DNA of 64,000 nt from Botryllus schlosseri (GCA_051294905.1 CM119371.1:39372001-39436000), one strand, 5' to 3'; positions 1 through 13,800 are shown, counted from the first letter of the stretch. The notes: generated by a model not told the origin, from the sequence alone. A program made the numbers and translations.

Positions 1-317
1 ACTCGCAAACGTTCAATAGTCGGTTGTATATGCTGACAAAATTACGATACTATTAAGCAGGCTGCCTGCTGAATTGATTTCAAAACTTCCAAGGTAGCAT
101 CAACTTATTAGGTTTAAGTACGTGCCCCAATCCCGATAATGCTGTTTTTTTTTCGTGCTAGAAATGGACGGAGGAGGAATGCATGGGGATTACACATTAT
201 CGAATACTAGGTTATGGAAGGCATCACTTTGAAAATCGCATCGGCTACGATGATGAATCTAGAAAACCGCTATTTGTTGTTTTCCTACGGAAGCCATGAT
301 CTAATGAAGTGACTCAC

Positions 318-682
318 GTGTATTGGATCCTTGATGCACCTTGTTATGATGTCCAACAGCTCATCGTCGATACTGCAGTCGTATAATTTCAAAGAACGAA
401 GGCCCTGACTCCTTGCTGCAAGCGTTCCAACGATATGAGCTTCATCGCGACTCAATGTGATGTTAGAAGCATCGACAACGTCAAGATCTTTCATGAGATC
501 GTCGTCGCCTGATTCATAGATCGCTGTGTAAAGTTCCACGCGACTGCGATCAAACTGGCGACCGATGAAGTCTCTTTGTATTCTTCTTCTTGAATTCTTC
601 TTGAATTCTTTTTGAACATTCTTCTTGAATTGGAGGTGGAGTGATTGTGATAAAACTTGTTTCTTCCTCGTTCCATCGGAGA
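318..682 (-). CDS. Downstream exon of the NLR gene (helical domain 2 plus first LRR); gene continues beyond window start
   Basis: Acceptor tttcttgtctcgtcacag|TC at 682 is phase 1 and joins the NACHT exon in frame (LYK-V-SDG). Donor CAC|gtgagt at 318. Translation includes ELYTAIYESGD and the RI-like LRR LRSLKLYDCSIDDELLDII. Confidence 0.8.
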
Positions 683-1319
683 CTGTGACGAGACAAGAAA
701 TATCGTGGTAACCGTTGACGGCACATGGCCACGAAACAATTGGACGATGTGCGCCGCTGCGACAAAACCAGGTTAGTAGCGATTGAACTCTCGGGTCGAG
801 TTTACAGCGTTTTGACACCAGTGGCAACGACGAGCTTTATCATTAACGAAGGAATCCAGACATCTGGGTTTTTCGACCCATATCTGGGTTTTTCGACCAT
901 CACATGAGTTTCTGGGTTTTTGTCCTTGAAATCTGGGTTTTCAACATCATGTGCACCAGGTTAATTTTATGTTCGAAAATCAATTATATTACATTAGTGA
1001 GTTCATAATGTCGATGTGTGTCGATGTCATTATAGAATGTAAACGTGAAATAGCAACGACCGAATTTGCAGCTTCGTTCCACTTCGCTGAAGCTTTACTC
1101 AGACTTATTTTACGGCAGCGAGTTAAATTTTGGAGGATTTTAAAAAGCGGGCGGTGCAAACCCCTAACCCTGGATAACCCACTGCCTTGACCTCTCAAAG
1201 ACATATTTGCGCTGCCACCAGAATAATTATCCTCGCCGTCATGAAACTTTACTAACAAGTTGCTGCAATATTGATGAATTAGGTACAAGAATTTTTCAAA
1301 GAGCCCCATATGTTATACC

Positions 1320-2448
1320 TAGGGCGGTTTTTTTGACATGTCATTTGTCAAAATTTTGTCAAAATTCTAGGGTTAGGTCAAAATTTGTCGAAATTATTCA
1401 TAAAGTCAAAAAATGTTGACGTCTGCATTTCGTTTGATTCGTAGATTTTGCACTGTCGGTGAACTTATATCGTTTGATATTTTACAGTTTGTATCCTACC
1501 GTTGTAAACGGCTTATTGTCTGCTCTTTGTGAATAACAAACGGTTGAAGAAAACAAATAGGTAGACATGGTGTTATCGTCAACGTACCGCAATAGCCTAT
1601 CTGAAGAAAGACTTCTTGGTCATTGCATCATTCTTACATTACGAAGCGCATAATGAAAACATATGATGCAGACAACATTGCCAGAATGAAGCAACGCGGT
1701 GTCACCAGCAGTGTATTCACAACTTGAGTGTTGTCAGCCAACAACTGCTACTGTTGGGCGTCATTGGCAAGATTCTTAGTAATAGGCTTACCATATTTTG
1801 GAAATCTAAAAAGAGGACACTTTTCCAGAAATTTGCAACTTGCAAATTCTCAAAAACAGTTGAATTTTTCCCACTTTGTGATCGGTTGACAACAAAAAAA
1901 TTTGCGGCATAACACTCGCAATTTGCTCTAAATCTGACCTAAATTTTCAGAAAAGAGGACAAAATCTCAAAAAAGAGGACAAAAGGGCGTTCCCCCGAGG
2001 ACACTTTCAAAAAAGTCTAAAAAGAGGACAAATCCTCTTAAAAGAGGACGTATGGTAAGCCTACTTAGTAAGGACATGCACTTTCTACCCAAGAATGTAG
2101 GAAAGTAGCTCTCGTTGTACTGCAAGAAAATTTAATTATTTCTACCACAATATGTATCGTATCCACTGGAATTCTTCATAGGGCCAGATTTCGTTAAAAT
2201 ATTGATTTTTTCATGTAAAACGTTTCCTGTTTCACAGACAGAAACGTTTTTTCAGGCCAAACTACTTCGTTAGGAAAGTCAGTTCCAACCAGAAATGAAG
2301 ATAAGTTGTACAATTTTAATATTATGTGGGAAAACATCTAATTTGCATACGTATGGTCAAAATTCAGTTTGTTTAGGTCAAAAAAAGTCAACATTAATAT
2401 TTTTTAGGTAAAAATTTACCTTTTTTTAGGTCAAGAAAAACCGCCCTA
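1320..2448. mobile_element. hAT-like MITE
   Basis: TIR tagggcggttttt / aaaaaccgcccta; TSD gttatacc at 1312-1319 and 2449-2456. Confidence 0.85.
1783..2063. mobile_element. hAT-like MITE nested in 1320-2448
   Basis: TIR taggcttaccata / tatggtaagccta; TSD cttagtaa; internal aaaagaggac repeats. Confidence 0.85.
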
Positions 2449-2716
2449 GTTATACCCAAAAGAGCCATATATGGCTCGCGAGCCATAAGTTTCCGATCGT
2501 TGATTTACAAGATAGATAACAGGCGTTATATTAGCTCAGTGGTTGCATAAACGCTACATATTTGGCTTTAGACGTAATACATGATGTTACGACGTCATAT
2601 TGGGTGATACTCCATCACTCCATTCGACTCGAACACTGAGCTATATAAACACTCGAAGCCTCGAAGCATATTACGTAGGACTCGAAGCATATTACGTAGG
2701 ACTCAAGCATATTACG

Positions 2717-3095
2717 TAGGGTTACCATACGTCATCCTTTAGCGGGATTTGTCCTCCTTTTTCAGGTTTTAGAAAATGTCCTCCGAGGACGCCCAATTGT
2801 CCTCCTTTTTGAGATTTTGCCCTCTGTTTTGAGAATTTTGGTCAATTTGACTGTGAAATTGGAGTGAGATGTCGTAATCAGCACCGAAGTAAAGCCCCGG
2901 CAGCTATTTTGGAAGCCGTGCCGAAAAAATGACGACTTTTTTCTAGACGACCACCTGTAGACGTGAAGGAAAAAACTGTATTTTGAGCGCTGGGCGAGAA
3001 AGTTGATCATTTTTTTATTCGACCGACCACGAAGTGAAGTATGAACATTTTGAAAAACTGTCCTCCTTTCCCGATTCCAAAATATGGTAACCCTA
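2717..3095. mobile_element. hAT-like MITE related to 1783-2063, in the opposite orientation
   Basis: TIR tagggttaccata / tatggtaacccta; TSD atattacg. Inserted in a MITE related to 61002-61529. Confidence 0.85.
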
Positions 3096-3526
3096 ATATT
3101 ACGTGATTCCGAATCGAATCCCTCCGGTACTCGATTTTACCCAGCCCTAATAGCAGAGTTGGTCAGTAACGAAATCCTTCTACTTTTTTGAAGTACTCAA
3201 GTAGTTTTCCTCTACTTCTGGTACTTACTCAAGTGGATCTGATTTTTTCTACTTCTACTTCTAATTCAAATAGCTGGTTCGTGGTACAGAACTTGAATAT
3301 AGCTTTCAATACAACATCCATTGTAGCAGTATATTTATTAAACACGAAGACTTTTCGGGTGCCTCTTTTCAAGAGTTATCGGCACACTAAAGGGATTTAA
3401 ACAGATTTAAAAGCAAAACCAAAAAGGCAAAGTATGACGCAACAATCAAAATCACAGACCATGAAATTCGCATCGTATCAATGGCAACAATAACAAACTA
3501 CGAAGTATACGGACATACGGTACTAT

Positions 3527-4819
3527 GGTTGCCAGTGAACTCGGCACCTGGTGAACTCGGCACCTTCAACTCGGCACCTTCAACTCGGCACTTGGTGAAC
3601 TCGGCACTTGATGAACTCGGCACTTCGTTTGACCGTAGATGCTGTGCGATCTCTATTGTTTCAAGTTTATGACAATACAATGTTCCCCATGACACCAATA
3701 AATGTTTCCCATGAACACATCGAAACTTATGAAGGCCAAAATAATCAGTTTTTGCCTTCAAAGAAACGGATATTATAAATTAAATATCGCCCTTCAACTA
3801 TATTTTGTTAGCAGGATGTTTCCCTAATGTTACCCTTCACCTTGCTCCTTATAAATTAAATATCGCCCTTTAACTATATTTTTTTAACAGGATGTTTCCC
3901 TAATGTCACCCTTCGACCTGCTCCTGACCAGCTACCTGTGACAAAATCACACCTTCCTATAAGTAATCAGCTAATACAAAATCAGTATTGTTGTGTTGTA
4001 TTGAACTTATAAAATCTCTAATAAACCTAACAGCTGAACTTATCAATAACTAATCAACTAATAAATAAAATATGTGTGCCGTTAACTCTTGAAAAGAGGC
4101 ACCCGAAGTCTTCGAGTTTAATAAATATTATTTTACAATGGATATTGTATTGAAAGCTATAAATAAAATACATATATTTTGCACGATTCTTGCATCTCCA
4201 AAGAATTGAGGCATGTTTTTTTCTTCATCTTCCTGGTGTAAGAACGATCGACTTTAGTCGTCAAACAGCATATCTCATCCTCTTTGCGATACACCCTCCA
4301 ATATTTTATTAGTTGACTCGTCCGAGCATGACATTTCAGAGTTGACCTGAGCAGCGGACACATCGGATAACGACGACTCAATGAGATCATCTTCCTGCAA
4401 ACAAAATTATAAGTTAAAATCTGATCACTCATATCGAATTAATTACCACTATTCGACTTACCTGGTTGTTAAGATCGGCTACCGGTTGCGAACCCACTTC
4501 AATATCAACGGCATCTTCCTGCAAACAAAATTTAGTTAAGATCTGATAGCTCACATCGAATTAATTAGCAATATTCGACTTACCTGGTTGTAAAGATCGA
4601 CTACCAGTAGCGGCCCCACTTCAATCTCAACGCATATGTCCAATTGTCCATGTCCATCGATTATATCAATCATTCCCTATATCCGTCAAATTAGCAATAC
4701 ATGTACCGAGTAGACCAACACCGGCATACGGCATTGTTGCGTCACAATACAAGCGCCGATTTCACCAGGTGCCGAGTTAAAGGTGCCGAGTTCACCAGGT
4801 GCCGAGTTCACTGGCAACC
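3527..4819. mobile_element. Non-autonomous TIR element (GG...CC termini, AACTCGGCAC-repeat TIRs) nested in the Penelope element
   Basis: ggttgccagtgaactcggcacc / ggtgccgagttcactggcaacc; TSD ggtactat at 3519-3526 and 4820-4827. Confidence 0.8.
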
Positions 4820-4827
4820 GGTACTAT

Positions 4828-4858
4828 CATAGCCTTTATAAGTCTTATAAAGGCTATG
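4828..4858. repeat. 31-bp perfect palindrome flanked by a 7-bp direct repeat
   Basis: catagcctttataag-t-cttataaaggctatg, with gtactat at 4821-4827 and 4859-4865. Confidence 0.85.
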
Positions 4859-5248
4859 GTACTATAGTAGCAGCACAATTTGTAAATAAACAATTACACG
4901 CACGGAACAACACGCACTAATGAGAAATTTGTAGGTTATAGAGGAAATCTTTCTGTCTGCATAAAATAGGTTTGCTCAACTGAATAATAGTAGACTCTGT
5001 AGCGTACCGCTCCATGATTAACCCATAATTACCCTCGCTGATGACTGATTATGTTACTGCTACGTCTTGTTGTGTTGCACTCTTTTATGCAGTCGCTTTT
5101 AGTCACCGTCCGAGCCAGTCGTCTTTTAGTATCCGTCGGACGAGCATCGTCATGTTTTAGTTGTTTTATTAAAAGAGCAATGCTGACTTGTCTACTTTGA
5201 CTTATCGAGCCGCGGACCAAGAAGAACGCGCGCCCACGACAGAGCACG

Positions 5249-5819
5249 CTATAACTCCAACACTTTTAAATGAAACACAGACCTACCACGCGCAATGACA
5301 GTGAACATATTCTCATCATAGTGCTGTGCACAGGCAAGGTTTTCGCTCAGATGCTGACCGATTGACGAAGCATATGCTTGGTAATCATCATAGCAGTCTG
5401 TTTTTGCAGCCAATTTGCACTGACGTGTGAGCTCCGTGCGATCATTTGCGCATGTTTTTGACCGAATCAATTTTGGGATATGCTGCTTAATACGCTCAAA
5501 CAATCTTTGAGATGTACGTCCTACATACCTACTATCACAGTGGCACTTGTATTGGTAAACAACATTACTTGCATCAAAGGAAGGAAGTACATCTTTTCGA
5601 GAGTTGGGTAACAAGGGTTTCGTCGTGTACACTACATGCGTGTTAACGCTGTAGTAGCAACGGTGAACAGCCGATTTAATAAGCTTTTCAAATCGGCTAG
5701 ACACGTTACCTAGCCAAGGTAGGTGTAAAAATGCCGGGCATTTTTCTGGGCCATATTTGGAGCTGTATCCGATTTTTTCAATACCCTAGAGATGGAGCAT
5801 TTTAATATGTGGTCCGGAT
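5249..5819 (-). pseudogene. Penelope GIY-YIG endonuclease / RT C-terminal remnant
   Basis: LHLPWLGNVSSRFE..., SNVVYQYKCHCDSRYVGRTSQRLFERIKQH and SSIGQHL. Frame is broken at both ends. Confidence 0.85.
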
Positions 5820-8800
5820 ATAGTACCGTATGTCTGTATACTTCGTAGTTTGTTATTGTTGCCATTGATACGATGCGAATTTCATGGTCTGTGATTTTGA
5901 TTGTTGCGTCATACTTTGCCTTTTTGGTTTTGCTTTTAAATCTGTTTAAATCCCTTTAGTGTGCCGATAACTTTCGAAAAGAGGCACCCGAAAAGTCTTC
6001 GAGTTTAATAAATATACTGCTACAATGGATGTTGTATTGAAAGCTATACTTCTAATTCGTAATATTTTGTGATTTACTTACTTACTTTTCGCTATTTTCA
6101 GTTTTTCAAGTAGAAGTAGTTTAATCATATCGTAATCTAGCAGCAGCCCATTAGGAGTCTTGCTAATCTGGAAAATCCAGTTTTTTGAACGCTTCTCCTG
6201 TTTTAGCAGATCACCTTTAAAGCTTGATGGACCAAAGACATGAAATATAGTTTCTGCTTTTTAGACGCGGTATTTGTATTTGACTTTCAATTGCGAGCAT
6301 TTCGACATGCGAACCCTACTGACTGATCCACAAGTACTGCGACATGTTGTTGAATATGTTAGATCGACTCGAGGAATATTGTAAAACCTTTTTATGTGCA
6401 CATGTGTACCTATCTTAGTTATATAATATGAACTTTCTGTAGCGTTTAACTTGTTTCTGTCCGTGGCGCAAAAAGCCTTCAGTTGTGATAAGCGCCACTC
6501 ATGCCAATGTTTTTACCTATAATAATAATAATAATCATACTCCGAGTTCTAATTACTTGCAGATCGTATACTGATCGCGCAAAGTGATGAAATTGTATCC
6601 AATAAAACTTCTACGTATTGCTCTTTGCCTAAACTAGGGACCTTATAATATGGTGTAGGGCGCCATACCATGGTATTCTTTAAAACGGGGTCTTCTAGTA
6701 AACAAAGGGATAGTATCGCATTTTCATATCAATACTAGGCCTATAGTTTGAATCCCATGACGTGAAAAAATGCTTATTCTGTCGAAAATTGGTACCTCCT
6801 GGGATGCATCAATACTAATCAAGCTCTCTGCATCCTCCGCATCGCTCAATTCGCAGCTTTCGACAGTCGATGCGAACGAATTAAGACTGTTTTCGAAACT
6901 ACTTTCTTACTTGAGTAGATTCAAAGTCAGCCAATTCTAATTCTGCATCAAGTAGTCTTAGATGGCTTATTGAAGAAGTACTTCTACTCGTACTTGAGTA
7001 GATTTTTTTCTTGGCTTCTTCTACTTCTACTTCTACCTGAGTAGCTTTCTTGACTACTTTGACCACCTCTGCCAAATAGTACCGTTATAGTATTTCAATA
7101 CATTTGACGGCCACCTAACTAGGAGGCGGTATAAACTCACTTGAACTCTTGTAGTTCGAGAAATGACAGGACGCATCGAATGGAACACGCGATGGTAATA
7201 TAGTCATGTCGGCAATCTCAATAATGGATGACATTGGCCCAGAACTTATAGTGTAGCGTTCAACAAATTGCCGTTAACCAGTGGTGTTCTTTCGTCAAAA
7301 TAGAAATTGAATTATCCAAAAACTTTGTGGTTCTGGATTTGGGCAAGCTGAAAATTATCTAGTTTTCCAAGTCTGGCTAAAGCAGGGGCGGGAAACTCCA
7401 GTCGGAGTGACAGATACAAGATAATTAGGAATCTGGCAGACCGGATTCCAGAATAGATACATTATTCGCAGATTTATCCACCTATAGTAGGAATATATCG
7501 TATTTAATGTAACTTTAATGGTTATTGCAAGACCAAAATCAGTATTCAAAGAATTTATGATTGTAATATACTTCATTATCTGTTGGAGTCAATGAGACAT
7601 CTTGGGCAGATCAAAATAATCAGCAAGTTCTTTGAACTCTGGCTGCATGTCGGACTTAGAAACCATCAGTTAGATTGGAACGCAGCTTTGCCTTGTTCCT
7701 ATTCATGGTCGAAATTGTTTGTCTGCAAATGTTGGCCGTCGTAGACCGGAATAGAACAAGTGGTTTTATGGCCACCTTTCTGACGTTGAAAAACTTGGAT
7801 TCATTCAGTGATGCAGAAACGCACAACTTGAAGAAAACAAAGAGCTATAGAATAACCTACAGTCACTATAGTTTGACGTACTAAGCAAGTAGTGTGAGAT
7901 TGCGACAGACTGTGGCCGCGGGCCGCATTATCATGCAACACCGGAAGCGGCGGGCCGCTCAAAATCCCGTCGCTGGCCATATGTTGCCCAACCTGTTTTG
8001 TTCAGTTCGTAATTATCATGTGATGGAGCAATTCAAGTGATTCTTTGGTGTCTTTAGCCAAAAAACATACCTCCATAACCAAGCAGCTGCGTAACATAAG
8101 AAAAAGCAGACCACGATATTTGCATTTGTCAGAAATTTTGATATGTCATACATATTTCTGTTATGGTTGTAGGATCCACAAATGAAAACATTCTAGCGCA
8201 GGGAATCTCTCTTTTGGGGTGGGGTGGGGTGGGGGGGGGGGGCGTTGAAGCATCTGAGGAGAGGCACGAAGCCGTCTGACATAAATGATGTTTCTTCAAC
8301 TTGGAATGAGTTTAATAGGGATGGTGTGAACCTCATGACGTCACGTGCCTTCATATTGCTAATTCCAACCCTACATTCCAGGGAATTGATATATTAATGT
8401 ACACCTAGCAACGACTCGGGCCACAATGCATCAATGATGCAGTACATACTGACTTTTTAAACGTCGCCAAGTGTACAAATGGGGAAATCAAATGATATAA
8501 TAATTTCATAAAATCAATATTTTCCGTCGCTTTGCCAACCATTTTGACGATGACTTGCAAGAGATTATAAGCTTAAGCCTTATCGGTCCAGTCAGGACAA
8601 TGTATACGGCGTCTGAGAGTTGCTACGTTGATATTCAGCAAAGTGCGAGTCGGGTTTCTATACTTGCTACAGATATTACCCCATTAACAAGTTATACCGC
8701 AGTAACCAATACCCCAATCACATGGATTTTGTTATTATGATACAGTAAGTATATGAAATCCAGATGGACTCCCAGGCGGCCGGGTGGTGGGATGGCGCAG

Positions 8801-9888
8801 CCATCCCATGACACATTTATGGGGTGGCGGCCACCCCATACAATTAGATCAAACACCCGCCGTCTGCGATTTTAAATCTTCAGCGCTGTCAATCAGCGAG
8901 TTCGTTATAGCGCGAAAATGCCAACTATTTAGCATTGACAGATACGCGCGAATAATTGATTACGCTAAATCGTCATCGACGACGAACTATAACGCCCAAT
9001 AAGTTGTAATCCGTGATTAGTATTCAGACAATCGAAGCAACCTCGCTTACGACGTCCATTTCTACACGCTTGCGCTGAGAAACACCATATTCGCTCTCGA
9101 CCAGAGGAGCGAATGCCCGTTCTCTTCCCCTAATTAAATTGTATTTGCGCCAATATTCCTTTAAAAAATACTTCGTTATAATGCGCAAACGATTGTCGCA
9201 ATGACAGAGTTGGAAGTTCCAAGTTGGAACCCCATTGTGCTGTACGCAAGTTGAGGAATTACTGATTAGATGCGCGCTTTCTCATTTGCTATCATCGGTA
9301 GGCTACTAATTCTTGTCTGCTTCATACAATCGTATTCCTTAGGTGTCACTTGTCGGTGTTTCATTTGGTATTAATACTGCGCATTGTGCAGTTCGCGGCG
9401 TTGAATTACATTGTCAAATATTGGTGCAACACGAGCTTCTCGATGGCGCAAATTTTGAATTTATCCAATTAGTTTGAACGGAAACCTTCTATGTTCCAGT
9501 AAACTTCATTGCTGGCCGGACTCTATCTAGCGCAGGGGTCGCCAACTCAAAACGGGTCGCGGGTCACTTTTCCAATTTCGTAGAGGCCGCGGGCCGCATA
9601 AATTCGATATCGATAAAATAGGCAACAACGTTCTAAAACTCTACGTCAGGTCAACGGTGAGCTAAATAACATAGGCGATGGGCATATTGACCGCAAAAGA
9701 AATATTTTTTATTAAAGGAATACAAATACAACAAAAAATCATATTTTGAACTGTGATCTGTGTACCAGTGCACGATACCTGAAAATGATCTTCCGCGACT
9801 AAGGAATCGATATTGGGACTAGCGAGATACGTGACTAGCTGAAAGCCCATCTTCACATAAAGCTTGATCTTGTGGGGAAGCCCTAAGC

Positions 9889-10189
9889 CAGTGGTTCTCA
9901 AACTTTTTTAGACACGCTCCACTTTATGATACTGGACGATCGTCATATCACAATATGCAACCAGAATGCTAGCAATCCCAGCGGCTAGTTTGATGGCATG
10001 GAAGGTTATGACTGTTGATAAGAGAATTCTACAAGATGAATTCCGGGCTATATACAGAGCAATAACTATAAATTACCCGTAACTCGCACGGAGCACGAAA
10101 AAATTTTCAGTTGAGTGCATCTGCGCCTCCCATTCAGATGCTTTCGCGCCCCCACGAGGGGCGCGCGCTGCTCAGTTTGGAAACCACTG
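9889..10189. mobile_element. hAT-like MITE nested in 9533-11098
   Basis: cagtggttctcaaac / gtttggaaaccactg; TSD ccctaagc. Confidence 0.85.
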
Positions 10190-10227
10190 CCCTAAGCCGT
10201 ATTCTAAGCGTCTCGGTCGTGGCAGTG

Positions 10228-10856
10228 TTTCATCATCATCATTGGTTTATTAGCAATTTTATCAGTTCAATACATCACAAATAATGCGATACAATGAAAA
10301 GACAGGAAGATGTCGAAGCGACAAGGAGTAGTCTATGGAATCGGACACACACCTTGGCCTAGGCGATGTAAAGAGGAGGCATGCAAATTGAATGAAAGTA
10401 AAGAATATAGTATAGAAAAAAAAAGCGACAAGAAATAGGGCGGCATGTCATGGGAAGCGAGATCGATAGGTCATTCGTGGTCCGGTAATCTTGAGAATGG
10501 ACTGTATTTATTTAGTAGTAATTGCTTGTATTTCGACTTGAATGTGGACATGCTTGTCGACTGTCGGATGGCCGGCGGGATACTGTTCCACACATCAGGT
10601 CCGGCATATTTGATAGAGCGATGATCTTTTCGGTCGATCATATGATATCTGGACGACGTGGACGCGCGTGTGTTGTACTTGTGCGCTTTTGATTCAGAGG
10701 TAAAGAAGTCATTGAAATATTCGGGGCAACGACCGCAGTGAAACTGATACATGAACTTCGCGATTTCTAGTTTCCGCATGTCTTCTATGTTTAGGACGCC
10801 GAATCTCTTCAGCAGCGACTTGTTTGGGCCATTGCAAGTCGAGACTGTATGCCGAT
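10228..10856 (-). mobile_element. 3' fragment of a CR1/L2-group LINE, family B, with (ATG)n tail, nested in a MITE
   Basis: ORF 10471..10860 is a LINE ORF2 C-terminus (HKYNTR...SIKYAGPDVWNSIP...FKSKYK). catcatcat tail near 10230. Matches 62714-63112. Confidence 0.85.
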
Positions 10857-13800
10857 TCAAATTAGCTGATTCTCCCTCGATGGAATGTTGTTGCCATCAC
10901 CACAGCCGTTTTAGCTAGCGGCGAATAGTGATGTTGGGCATAAGAGAATAGCTTAATTTGAAACAACAATAACAACAACATGTTGAAACTAGTCAAATTC
11001 AGCATTTCAAATTGGTTTTCTATGCTTTCTTCCGAAATCTCAAATCTGGTCGCGGGCCGCAGAATATGACTACGCGGGCCGCGTGTTGGTGACCCCTGAT
11101 CTAGCGCAGCCACATCGCGGATCGAATTTCAAACCTTTGGGATATGTATTTCTATTGATGAGGTCACGGCATGCGCCCATAATTTTACGATCATATTCGA
11201 CAGGCTGATATTAACCAGCGCGTTGTCGGCATTTATACCCCAGGTGCGTAGCCCTAGCCAGGTAGTTTCTCATTTATAACTAGAAATACCGTCCTTTTGA
11301 AATGTCAATTCACGAATTCGTATTATCGATGCTGCGTACTGCAAATTAGCGAGAAACATTTTATGCGAAATTGGTCATCGATATCTCACGTGCACTATCC
11401 GCGGTGGTTTGATTTAGCGCGTCCGCATGTAGGCTTGCTACCGTCCGCAGATACACTTTCGTCAAACAGTAACAATCCCTGAGTGCAATATTGTTTGTAT
11501 TTATGTATCTTTTTCATTAAAACTTATGCCCGCGTCGGAACAAATTGTGCTCGTTGCCATTGCCGAATCTGGGTATCTAGGTATGACTAGCACACCCTGT
11601 AACTGTAATTATCGCAGGTTAGCGGCATGTCTGCAATTTTGTTATCAGCGCATCTTGCCGGCCGATTGAACAGTCCAATGAAATTATACACTACTAGGTA
11701 TTTCACTCAGCGTACTGAGGCTGATTTCAGCAAACTAACGATCCTTATTAGACGTACGAATTCGAACGCATCGTTAGAAACGTAGATTCGAAACACAATC
11801 GCGATTTGACGAGCAAATATACGTTCACCTTCTACAAATTAAGGTGCATTATTTGCATTGATGAGGGCTGCAAGCTGCGTTTGAAGTATTTTGTAGGGAT
11901 GGTGTGAACGTGAGGTTCACGTTCGCGTTCTGTGTGTGAACCTGGGGAAATTTGAGGTTCGCGTTCACAACAGAACGTTGGTAGGTTCTGCACTGTGAAC
12001 CTTTTTCACATATTGCAATTTTCACTTCATTATAACATCTTTGGTTCAAATTAATTGACTTTCAAATGCGAGCATGGAGCATGGAGCTGGCAGCATAAAC
12101 ATTCAACACTAAACGAGCATGCCCTTGACAATCTCAAATATTTACTTGTATTGTAACCAGAGTTTGCTCGAAATATCCAGCCTTCCGTTTGTGCATATTT
12201 ATTGTCTCTGTGCTGTGAGCTTGACCCGCAATCACATGATATCAAGAGCGAAATGCACGGTATCTTGTCAGCAAATGATTCTTATTCAACCAATCAATGA
12301 GATTGATATCATCTTCTGATGTACAAATCTGAGCTGGATATTTCAAGCAAACTTTTGTAACAAAGAAAGTAAAATTGTTGAGATTGTCAAGGTGCATGCT
12401 TGTGCACTGTTGATTTTTATGCTGCCAGCGCGATGTATAGACTGACCCGCAGTTGAAATGCAATAAATTGTGACCAAGGATGTCATAATGACGTGAAAAT
12501 TGTGATATATAAAAAAGGTTCACAGTGCACAACCGGGGCCTATCAAGGTTCGTTTGTGAACGTGAACCTCTAAATTTCCCCAGGTTCACATATAGAACGC
12601 GAACACGAACCTCACAAATCATAAACTGGAATTTTTTTTGGCGTTCCGCGCCACTTTCTTCCAGCTAGAATTTATTGTCTCTCTGTTCTTTCGCGTATCT
12701 GACGTCACGTTAACGTTCATGATCCCCACAAAACTGTAGTAGGCCTAATATACGAATCCGGCATAGTCTCTTTATGGTTAGGGTTCTGGTAAAAATCCTT
12801 TTGCCTCTGCTTAAATTCTCTTCTAATCGAAGCAATAATTAAAATCATGATTTTTACTAATAATAAAACAATAAAAGAACATGGGATGAATGAGGACCAT
12901 ATCAATTAATATAATGGAACATATCGAATAAACTCAATAATTCGCAGCTCGGAGACACCATCCCATAGTTCAAATAGTTCAATATCACTGGCAGAAATGG
13001 GTCGCCAGAATCGCCATTAACCTGTTCCAGATATGTTGAGTAGGGCAGGTGCAGGGTTGCAGGTCAGAAGGTTCTCAGTCACAAGTCAGTCTCACTTTCA
13101 CAGTTTTTAATCGAGTCAGGTCGAGTCATTTTCAAATCACCACCGAGTGAAGTCCTAGTCGGAGTCGGATGTAGGACAGGCATTATATTTTTGTGGTTGC
13201 AAAAAGTGTACATATTCTAATTTTTCTAGGTCAATGATACAATTGTTATTTCAATAATGTGTGATACTCGAATATTCGACTAAACGCCAAATGCGCGATC
13301 CAGAATCGATTCCCTCAGGTAATCAATTTCGATCAGTGCAAATGTTGAGTCAAGTCTGAATTATCCATAACACTAGCATATGTAGCATTAGTATCATTGA
13401 TGATATCTGGAGTGATTTCTGGATGCGAAAAACTATGTCCGGTTTATGTACAATGCACATGATTAATAAATAATAAGCCATATTCATACAAATCCCCAGA
13501 AAATGAAACAGCCGCAAAAATATATAAAGTCAGCGCGGAGGAATTAAATCGAATATCAAGGGTGAATACCTGATATAAATCGACCTGAATTAAATCTGCC
13601 TTATAAATTCAATATCGGAGTGAACGGGGCAATATTGAATAATTACCAAATACATAACATTTCTTTTAGTGCAACACGCTGTAGATTTTTCCATGGTAAT
13701 GTGAGTAGGCCTACATTGCAGATTTATTGATATCACGATGACATTTTTTAAATCGAAAGAAATCCCGAAAACTTAAATCCCGAAAACTTGAATAAAAATT

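Larger units (their letters stand above)
3268..6046 (-). mobile_element. Penelope-like retroelement, 5'-truncated, with inverted pseudo-LTRs (3298-3526 / 5820-6047)
   Basis: GIY-YIG endonuclease ORF; about 230-bp inverted terminal copies; about 30-nt tail at 3268-3297; direct repeat tacttctaattc at 3256-3267 and 6047-6058. Confidence 0.8.
3154..7071. mobile_element. hAT-like non-autonomous element hosting the Penelope insertion
   Basis: Termini cagagttggtca / tgaccacctctg, (CTACTT)n subterminal repeats, 8-bp TSD cctaatag/ccaaatag (1 mismatch). Confidence 0.65.
9533..11098. mobile_element. hAT (Charlie/Buster-like) MITE with a nested MITE and LINE fragment
   Basis: caggggtcgccaac / gttggtgacccctg; TSD atctagcg. 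Homologous to 33561-35123 in the opposite orientation. Confidence 0.85.
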
